Assembly: GCA_965221505.1 (NCBI GenBank)
Contig: CBDCSI010000002.1
Coordinates: 225,575 to 289,574 of the forward strand
From: Rhodobacterales bacterium
Lineage (GTDB): Bacteria; Pseudomonadota; Alphaproteobacteria; Rhodobacterales; CAZPXZ01
Length of the DNA stretch: 64,000 bases
Direction: 5' to 3'
Shown: positions 56,938-64,000 of the stretch, one piece after another
How positions within the stretch are numbered: the first letter of the stretch is position 1
How the letters are laid out: every line of letters begins with the position of its first letter
The notes under the pieces: generated by a model
What the model was told of the DNA's origin: nothing
Database searches by the model: none
The model's input: only the letters and a program-made list of their open reading frames with translations
Position numbers and translations under genes: made by a program

Positions 56938-57399
56938 ATGGTTGATGAGTCCTGGGGGCAGAAGCACATGTGTGGCGCCTGCTTCGCGCGTTTCTACGAC
57001 ATGGGCCGCAGGCCGATCGTCTGTCCGAGTTGCGGCGCCGGGATCGAGACCTGGGGCGAAGGGGCCGCCCGAAGGCCTGCGTCCGCCGGACTGAGCGCAG
57101 TGTCCGCCATCTCCGTCGCGGCGGAAGACGCCGGCGACGTCGCCGACGCCCAGATTCCCGACCCCCTTGCGACGGACGACGACGAGATCGAGACCGTGTC
57201 GCTCGACGACGGCGAGGAGCTGGACGATTCGGATCAGGACGAAGACGGAGCCGACGACGACGACGGCATCGACGGCGGGGACGAGTTCGAACTGGAAGAC
57301 GGGAAGGATCCGGACGGCGAGGACGACGCCGACGGCGGCGACGAGGACTCCGACGAAGACGACCTCGACGAGGAGGAGGACGACCTCGAGGAGGAGTGA
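56938..57399 (+). CDS. TIGR02300 (FYDLN_acid) family zinc-ribbon protein with polyacidic tail
   Basis: CGACFARFYDMGRRPIVCPSCG zinc ribbon, followed by about 90 residues dominated by Asp/Glu. Confidence 0.8.
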   Translation: MVDESWGQKHMCGACFARFYDMGRRPIVCPSCGAGIETWGEGAARRPASAGLSAVSAISVAAEDAGDVADAQIPDPLATDDDEIETVSLDDGEELDDSDQDEDGADDDDGIDGGDEFELEDGKDPDGEDDADGGDEDSDEDDLDEEEDDLEEE

Positions 57400-57545
57400 G
57401 CGGCAACGAGAGCCGGCCTGCGTCAGGAAGCGCCGATTCTTGCCGCGCAACAGCTGACCGAACCGCATCCGGTCGGGTCGCGCGACGGAACCCGCTGTTG
57501 AGCGATCCTCCGTCGCGTGCTAGAACGCTCGCCTGAAACGCGTGC

Positions 57546-57621
<76 letters not shown>

Positions 57622-58105
57622 ATCCGCCGGATTTCGCGCGTATCGCCGAGACCGTTCGCCGGGACGGCGCGTATTCCGTAGCGCGCCGTCCTCGTGGCGT
57701 GTTGCGAAGTTTGCGCAACCGCGTCGCTACCGCTCGAAGCCGGCCGCCCGAAATCCCTCGCCTCTCCGGCTCGGCGCAGGGTCTCCGCTTTGGACCGGCC
57801 CGGTCCGGACCTCTTCCGGCAGCCTGTCTTCCGACGAAGTCCATGCGCCGCCTCGGTTTGGAGTCCGGCACGATCGTGCGGCCGTTCCGCCCGTCGGCAT
57901 CGGTTCGGCGGATCGAGGCCCGCACGGAGGGAGTCGCACCGGAACCGTTTCTGGGTCGGCGCGTCTGCGCCCCGTAGTCTTGCGGCACTCGCTCGGATGC
58001 GCCCGAGGAGAAAAGGGAGACGCCCTGCGACCGGGTAGCGGAGCGGCGGACGGTCCGCTTCGGAGCCGGGGTCGACTGACGTGTCGGGGGCATGGGGTCG
58101 TGGTT

Positions 58106-59547
58106 ATGAACGAAGGCGTGCTGCTTGACCTGGTCGCGCTCGGCGAAGGGTTCACGACGGAGTTCGAGCGCTCCGCTACGCGCAGCCTGGGACGGGAGCT
58201 CTGCGCCTTCGCCAACGCAACCGGCGGAACGATCCTCCTGGGCGTGACCGACGACGGGAAGGTGTTCGGCGTCGGCGACCACAACCGGCTGAAGTCCGAG
58301 GTTCGATCCGCCGCCCGATCCGCAGATCCGCCGATCGCGGTAGACGTCGAAAGCGTGCAAGGCACGCTCTGCGTCCGGGTGCCGGCCCAGCAGGGCAAAC
58401 CTTACTCGGTCGGCGGCAAGTTCTATATCCGGAAAGGCGCAAGCAGCCAGCAAATGACGCGCGAGGAGATTCGCGAGTTTTTCTTCAAGGAGGGCCTGAT
58501 CCGGTTCGACGAAACGCCCTGCTGCGCATTCGACCTGAACGCAGATCTGAAGGACGAGAACTGGCGGCGGTTTGCCCGCCGGGCGCGCTTGCCCTCGGGC
58601 CTGGAGGCGTGGGCCGCCCTCGAGAACCTGCATCTGGTACGGGACGGGCGCATGACCCATGCCGGCGCCTGGCTGCTGGCGGACGACGTCACGCGCTACA
58701 CGCTTCGTGCGGGGGTGACATGCGCGTTGTTTCGCGGTGTGACCAACCTCCATATTCTGGACCGCACGGACTATACCGGGGACCTCTACTCCGTCTTCGA
58801 GGACTGCGTCGCCTATCTTCAGGCCAAGTTGAACACGGCGCTGATTCCCCATGCGCGAGGCAGAGACGAACGGCTCGAGCTGCCGGAAGACGCCCTTCGG
58901 GAAGCGCTGGCGAATGCCATCGCCCACCGGGACTACCGATCCACGGCCAACGTTCAGGTGCACGTGTATCGCGATCGCGTGGAAGTGGTCACGCCGGGCG
59001 GGCTGCCGGCGGGAATGAGCGAGGAATTCCTCGGAACGAAGAGCGTGCCGAGAAACCCGCTTCTGTTCGGAACGTTCTACCGCATGGGTCTGGTCGAGCA
59101 AGTCGGCAGCGGAATTCGTCGTATCCGGGCGTCGTGCCGGGAGCACGGCGTCGCCGAACCGCGAATCGAAGTCTCCGAGCACTGGGTGACGACCACGTTC
59201 TTGCGGCCGGACGCGCATGGAATCGCTCCTGCCGACAGCAGCGCACAGGACGCGTCGGAACCGGAATCGTCAGGAACGCCGAAGAGGCCGGAGCGGAGCA
59301 CCCCCCATGTACCCCCCAGGTCAGAGACCTGACGCTGCGCGGCGACGGCGAATGGACGCGGACGGAGACGCTCCAGCGGCTGGGGTTGAGCGACAGAAAG
59401 CGCCTTGCCAGAGAGTATTTGCGACCCGCTCTCGCCGCCGGGCTCGTCGAAATGACAGTTCCGGACAAGCCCCGCAGCAGCAAACAGAAGTATCGGTTGA
59501 CGGCCAGCGGAGCGGAACTGCGCGCACGCCTGCAACGACGCGAATGA
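58106..59547 (+). pseudogene. AlbA_2 (Schlafen-like DNA-binding) + HATPase_c_4 ATP-binding protein, interrupted by a frameshift in a C6 run
   Basis: Frame A (58106-59332) carries FERSATRSLGRELCAFANATGGTILLGV and AHRDY..VPRNP..G.GIRRI. The family-typical C-terminus (TPQVRDL..LQRLGLSDRKRLAREYLRPALAAGLVEMTVPDKPRSSKQKYRLT) continues in the -1 frame to 59547. The switch point is the poly-C tract 59312-59317. Confidence 0.7.
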
Positions 59548-59807
59548 ACGCTTCGGGACGGCTCGGGGCACGCCGACGCGTCGTCCGGGTGCCCAAGCTC
59601 CCGTATTGGCGACGCGAGGCAGCGCGCTCCGGCGTCCCGCGACGTCCGTCCCGGCGCGAGAACGACGGGGCCGAAAGGGACGGATGCGACCGACGGGCCG
59701 GTCCGGGCGTGCCGGCGTTGCGTCACGTACCGCAGGCCAACCCTCGGCGCTTCAGGGTCTACGACCCTCAGCGGCTCCCCGAGTGCGGGCGGCGAGTCGC
59801 AAGCGCC

Positions 59808-60272
59808 TCAGAACACCTCGCCGGTCAAGATCGCGAACATGGCCTCCGCATCCGCGGTTCCCCGCAGTCCGGCACGGACCTTTTCGTTTCGCATCAATCG
59901 GGAGACGCGGGCAAGGGCCTTGAGGTGATCGTCGTCCTTCTCTTCCGGGGCGAGGAGCATGAACACTAGGTCCACCGGCCGGTCGTCAGGCGACTCGTAG
60001 TCGATCGGCTGCGCCAGGCGCGCGAACAAGCCGCAAATCTGCTCCACGCCGCCTGCTCGGGCGTGCGGCAGGGCGACGCCGCACCCCATGCCGGTCGAAC
60101 CGAGGCGTTCGCGATCGAGCAGCGGTTGGTACACGTCCGCGTGCGCCAGGCCGATTCGCGTCGCCGTCTCCTGCGAGATCACCTTGAGGAGCTGGTTCTT
60201 GCTGCGTACCTGAAGGTCGGGCAGAATCGATTCGACCCCGATCATTTCGGCGATTTCAGCGCTCTGCACCAT
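59808..60272 (-). CDS. ptsN: PTS IIA-like nitrogen regulatory protein PtsN
   Basis: EIIA-Ntr fold with the phosphorylatable His context GCGVALPHAR. Located downstream of hpf. Confidence 0.9.
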   Translation of the reverse strand: MVQSAEIAEMIGVESILPDLQVRSKNQLLKVISQETATRIGLAHADVYQPLLDRERLGSTGMGCGVALPHARAGGVEQICGLFARLAQPIDYESPDDRPVDLVFMLLAPEEKDDDHLKALARVSRLMRNEKVRAGLRGTADAEAMFAILTGEVF

Positions 60273-60292
60273 GCCGGCATTCCCGAATCGCG

Positions 60293-60883
60293 CTACGCGT
60301 CCCGGCTCTTGCTCGTCGGATCGATCCAGCCGATGTTGCCGTCCTCGCGCTGGTAGACGACGTTGATTCCTCCGTTCGCCTCGTTCCGAAACACCAGCAC
60401 CGGAACGTGGGCGATCTCCATCTGCATCACGGCTTCGCCGACCGTCAGGGAGCGAATGGGCGTTTTGGTCTCGGCGATGACGAGCGGGTTCGGATCGCCG
60501 TCCTCCGCGACGGCGTCCTCCTCGTCGTCGTGCCGGGCGAGCACGTAGGACTGCCCGTCCGCAGCGGGCACCGGGTCCGGACGGCTACGGTGGTGATTCC
60601 GCAACCGGCGCTTGTAGCGGCGCAGCTGCTTTTCGAGCCGTTCCAGCGCGATGTCGAAAGCGCCGTACGCGTCTCCGTCTTCGGCGTGCGACTGGGCGGT
60701 CAGGCCGGTGCTCAGATGCGCCGAGCAGTCCGCGCGAAACCGGTGCCGACTCTTCGAGAACGTCACATGCGCGTCGACCGCGCGGTCGAGGTATTTCTCC
60801 AGCACGCCGCCGAGCCGATTCTCGACCTCTTCCCGCAGGGAAACGCCGGTCTCCACCTGCTTGCCGGAAATCGTGATGTTCAT
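60293..60883 (-). CDS. hpf: ribosome hibernation promoting factor (long form)
   Basis: MNITISGKQVE..., the S30AE N-domain, and a C-terminal dimerisation domain (VYQREDGNIGWI). Confidence 0.9.
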   Translation of the reverse strand: MNITISGKQVETGVSLREEVENRLGGVLEKYLDRAVDAHVTFSKSRHRFRADCSAHLSTGLTAQSHAEDGDAYGAFDIALERLEKQLRRYKRRLRNHHRSRPDPVPAADGQSYVLARHDDEEDAVAEDGDPNPLVIAETKTPIRSLTVGEAVMQMEIAHVPVLVFRNEANGGINVVYQREDGNIGWIDPTSKSRDA

Positions 60884-61313
60884 GTTCGCTCTTCAGGATT
60901 CGGTTCGTCGACTTCGGGCCGCGACCGCGCTTCCGGCTCCGTCGGCCCGTTGGCGAGCCTGTCCCGCGATCGCTGGCGGATGCCGGCAGACGCTGCCCGT
61001 GGAGACGATTCTATCAGAAACCGTCCGGTAGCGGACAGGACCTCGTCCGCCGCCACCGGTCCTCTGCAACGGACCGCCAGCGGGGATCGCGCTCCCGCGA
61101 ACGCGTTCGCAGGGCCCCGATCGAGACGGCGAATCGACCGACTCGCCGGTTGCTGGACCGGCGGACGGGAGCGATGCGTACCCTGCCCCGCCCGCCTGCG
61201 TCCGCGGTTTCGCCCCCGCCTGTTCGCGAGCCGCCGCGACGAGATTGACCGCACGGAGAATCTTCCGTAGATTGACCGCGACGGGCCCTGTGCCGTGCGC
61301 GGCGACAGGATCG

Positions 61314-61390
61314 GGCGGGGTAGCTCAGACGGTTAGAGCAGCGGAATCATAATCCGCGTGTCGGGGGTTCGAGTCCCTCCCCCGCTACCA
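61314..61390 (+). tRNA. tRNA-Met (anticodon CAT; elongator type, tRNA-Ile2/lysidine not excluded)
   Basis: Acceptor ggcgggg/ccccgct; D arm gctc..gagc; anticodon stem gcgga/tccgc with loop atCATaa; T arm ggggg-ttcgagt-ccctc; encoded CCA. It lacks the three consecutive G:C pairs of initiator tRNA. Confidence 0.85.
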
Positions 61391-61603
61391 ATTCCGGGGC
61401 ATGCCGACGTTCGGGCGCCGGTCGCGGCCCGCCGCTCGTCGAGGCACCCGAAACCGGCGGAGGGGAGCGGTTCCTCGCTGGAGCGGCGCGCTCGAAGGCG
61501 CAGACGCGGACGGCTTCTCCGGCGCGTTCGGCTTGAGGGACGGGGGGTCGGCGTCGAACCGGGTGGGTCCGATCCCGCGTTCCGACGTCGTGGGACCGCC
61601 GGG

Positions 61604-61978
61604 TCAACTGATGTCGTCGGCGAATCGCTTCAGGTCTTCCAGCCGCACGTATCGCAAGGCCGATTCTTCGGTCGCCCGGAGGTACACCCGCGGCGCGACT
61701 CCGAGTTCCAGCGCTTCCTGCCAACGGGGTGCGCAAAGACACCAGCGGTCTCCGTCTTCGAGGCCGGGAAACCCGTATTCGGGGCGCGGCGTCGACAAGT
61801 CGTTCCCGCGCCGTCGCGAATGCTCCAGAAATTCCCGGGTTATCCGGACGCAGACCGTATGGCTGCCCAGGTCTTCCGGTCCGGTCCGGCAGCAGCCGTC
61901 GCGGTAGAATCCGGTCACCGGATCCCGCGAGCAGGACTCCAGCGGCTCTCCGAGCACGTTGCGGGGCTGCACGTCCAT
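61604..61978 (-). CDS. DUF2237 family protein
   Basis: NVLGEPLESCSRDPVTGFYRDGCC and DRWCLCAPRW are the conserved cysteine motifs of DUF2237. Confidence 0.8.
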   Translation of the reverse strand: MDVQPRNVLGEPLESCSRDPVTGFYRDGCCRTGPEDLGSHTVCVRITREFLEHSRRRGNDLSTPRPEYGFPGLEDGDRWCLCAPRWQEALELGVAPRVYLRATEESALRYVRLEDLKRFADDIS

Positions 61979-62112
61979 GGCGCGTCTCCGGTCCAGCTGC
62001 GTCCTGCCCGCATTGTCGCGAAGAAACCGACGGAGACAAGCCGGACGTTCGATGTTTACGCGGCCCGCGAAACCGGTAAATTCCGACGGACGCGAGTCCG
62101 GGAGGCGACGGG

Positions 62113-64000
62113 ATGAAGAATCGATATCGCGTGGTGGTCATCGGCGGAGGCGTGGTGGGCGCCAGCGTTCTCTACCACCTCGCGAAGCTGGGGTGGAGCG
62201 ACGTCGCGCTGATCGAACGCTCGGAATTGACGGCCGGCTCCAGCTGGCACGCGGCAGGCGGATTCCACGCCATCAACGCGGACCCGAACATCGCAGCGCT
62301 GCAGGACTACACCATCCGCCTGTTCAGGGAACTGGAGGAGGAGAGCGGCCAGGACATGGGCCTGCACATGACCGGCGGCGTGAATCTGGCCGGCACTCCC
62401 GAGCGCTGGGAGTGGCTGAAAGCCGCCTGGGCGGTGTTTCAGACCATGGGGCTGACCGAGTCGCGTCTCGTCACGCCCGAGGAAGTCGGCGAAATGTGTC
62501 CGATCGTCAATACCGACGGGCTGTACGGCGGCTTGTACGATCCGAACGAAGGCTACCTCGACACGACCGGCGCAGTGCAGGCTTACGCGCGCGCGGCGCG
62601 CAACCGGGGCGCGACGGTGGTACTCCGCAATCGGGTCGTCGATCTCGTCGCGCGCGCGGACGGCGGTTGGGACGTCGTGACCGAACGGGGTACCGTCACC
62701 GCGGAACACGTCGTCAACGCCGCCGGCCTTTGGGCCAAGCAGGTCGGAACGATGGCCGGCGTCGACCTTCCGGTCTCGCCGATGCAGCACCACTATCTGG
62801 TGACGGAATCGGTTGCGGAACTGGAGGCGATGGGCGGCGAAATCCCGTTCATGATCGACCTCGAGGGCTTCACCTATCTCCGCCAGGAGGCGAACGGCGT
62901 CCTGATGGGCATCTACGAGCTCGACCCTCGCCACTGGTGCGTCGAGGGAGCGCCCTGGGACTACGGCATGGATCTCATTCCCGAGGAGATCGAGCGGATT
63001 TCGCCGGAACTCGAGAAAGGGTTCGAACGCTATCCCTGCCTGAACCGCACCGGCATCAAGCGATGGGTCAACGGCGCCTTCACCTTCACCCCGGACGGGA
63101 ACCCGCTCCTCGGCCCGGTGCCGGGGCTGCGCAACTACTGGGCCGCCTGCGGCGTGATGGCCGGCTTCGCGCAAGGGGGCGGCGTCGGCCTGTCGCTGGC
63201 GCAATGGATGATCGAGGGGGAGCCGGGCGCCGACGTCTACGGCATGGACATCGCGCGCTACGGCCCGTTCGCTTCCAACCGCGAATACCTGAAGGCGCGA
63301 ACCGCCCAGTTCTACAGCCGGCGCTTCGTGCTCACCTATCCGAACGAACAGTTGCCGGCGGGAAGGCCGCTCCGGACTTCGCCTTCCCACGACGCGCTCG
63401 AAGCCGCCGGCGCGCGGTGGGGCGAAAGCTGGGGACTCGAGGTCCCGATCTACTTCGCGCCCGAGGGGTTCGAGGAACGGCCGACGCAGCGTCGATCGAA
63501 CGCCCACGACATCGTAGGAGCGGAATGCCGGGCGACCCGGGACGCGGTCGGACTCCTCGATATAACCGGCTTCTCGCGCTTCGAGGTGTCGGGGTCCGGC
63601 GCTGAGGCATGGCTCGACACGGTCATGGCCAGCCGTCTGCCGGGCGCCGGGCGCTCCCGCCTCGCGCCGATGCTGAGCCCTTCCGGGCGGCTGGTCGGCG
63701 ATCTCACGCTGCTCAACTGGGGCGACGGAACTTGGTGGATCATGGGGTCCTACTACCTTCGCCAATGGCACATGCGCTGGTTCGACGGCCTGCTCCCCGA
63801 TACGGGCGTGACGGTCCGGGACGTCTCCGACTCGGTCGTCGGCTTCGCTCTATCGGGACCGCGCTCCCGCGACGTGCTGGAACGGGTGACCGGGGCGGAC
63901 GTGACGAACCGGTCGCTGCCGTTCCTGGCCTGCCGGGAAATGGACGTCGGCCTGGCGCGAGCGCGCGTGAACCGCATGTCGGTCGCCGGAGAACTCGGAT
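62113..64000 (+). CDS. FAD-dependent oxidoreductase with GcvT-like C-terminal domain (dimethylglycine/sarcosine dehydrogenase family; 3' end outside window)
   Basis: Absent from the ORF track because there is no stop in the window. I translated from ATG 62113: MKNRYRVVVIGGGVVGASVLYHLAKLGWSDVALIERSELTAGSSWHAAGGFH... The frame stays open to base 64000, where GcvT-type sequence appears (..RVNRMSVAGELG). Confidence 0.85.
   Translation, partial: MKNRYRVVVIGGGVVGASVLYHLAKLGWSDVALIERSELTAGSSWHAAGGFHAINADPNIAALQDYTIRLFRELEEESGQDMGLHMTGGVNLAGTPERWEWLKAAWAVFQTMGLTESRLVTPEEVGEMCPIVNTDGLYGGLYDPNEGYLDTTGAVQAYARAARNRGATVVLRNRVVDLVARADGGWDVVTERGTVTAEHVVNAAGLWAKQVGTMAGVDLPVSPMQHHYLVTESVAELEAMGGEIPFMIDLEGFTYLRQEANGVLMGIYELDPRHWCVEGAPWDYGMDLIPEEIERISPELEKGFERYPCLNRTGIKRWVNGAFTFTPDGNPLLGPVPGLRNYWAACGVMAGFAQGGGVGLSLAQWMIEGEPGADVYGMDIARYGPFASNREYLKARTAQFYSRRFVLTYPNEQLPAGRPLRTSPSHDALEAAGARWGESWGLEVPIYFAPEGFEERPTQRRSNAHDIVGAECRATRDAVGLLDITGFSRFEVSGSGAEAWLDTVMASRLPGAGRSRLAPMLSPSGRLVGDLTLLNWGDGTWWIMGSYYLRQWHMRWFDGLLPDTGVTVRDVSDSVVGFALSGPRSRDVLERVTGADVTNRSLPFLACREMDVGLARARVNRMSVAGELG

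Noticed and set aside
57622-58105. Possible integration (att) site downstream of tRNA-Ala
   Set aside because: No integrase gene is present, and I could find no direct repeat of the tRNA 3' end up to ptsN. I kept only the weaker observation that this may be an islet remnant.
60884-61313. 124-aa ORF (60880-61254, minus strand), considered as an rpoN remnant upstream of hpf
   Set aside because: The sequence is Arg/Pro-rich with no sigma-54 motifs (no RpoN box). It is most likely non-coding.

Overview
This is a very GC-rich bacterial chromosome segment. Gene content and order look alphaproteobacterial: rpmH-rnpA-yidD-yidC-engB ... argB, pyrB-pyrC'-plsY, hpf-ptsN, a TIGR02300 acidic zinc-ribbon protein, and lgt, metG, glnE, trxB and proC. 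I can support about 50 protein genes, 3 tRNAs and one frameshifted gene. Because of the GC content, every real gene is shadowed by long Arg/Pro/Ala/Gly-rich off-frame or antisense ORFs of up to 1637 aa, and I discarded these. The main item is an accessory block of about 17 kb (roughly 16.6-34.5 kb, between a YghU-type GST and glnE). It encodes a fragmented NHLP-leader / YcaO azole-type RiPP system with these parts: two NHLP-type precursor genes (one with a 10-residue predicted core, VDSGDCYCYG); a SagB-type dehydrogenase; a fused E1-like/YcaO cyclodehydratase; a C39-peptidase ABC exporter; a second ABC exporter; and an HlyD adaptor. The block also holds an unassignable 366-aa protein on the opposite strand that shows a five-fold helix/beta-hairpin pattern. 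Between the precursors and the enzymes sits an Rpn (YhgA-like) nuclease gene whose 3' end is tandemly duplicated into a stand-alone small ORF. A third NHLP precursor paralogue lies alone about 12 kb away (45.7 kb). Other points worth a second look are an overlapping kinase / divergent-enolase / 2-hydroxyacid-dehydrogenase operon, a PyrC'-type dihydroorotase lacking the HxH motif, a poly-C frameshift in an AlbA_2/ATPase gene next to tRNA-Ala, and several gene-less stretches of about 1 kb clustered around the RiPP and Rpn genes. No CRISPR array, rRNA, integrase or classical IS element was seen.
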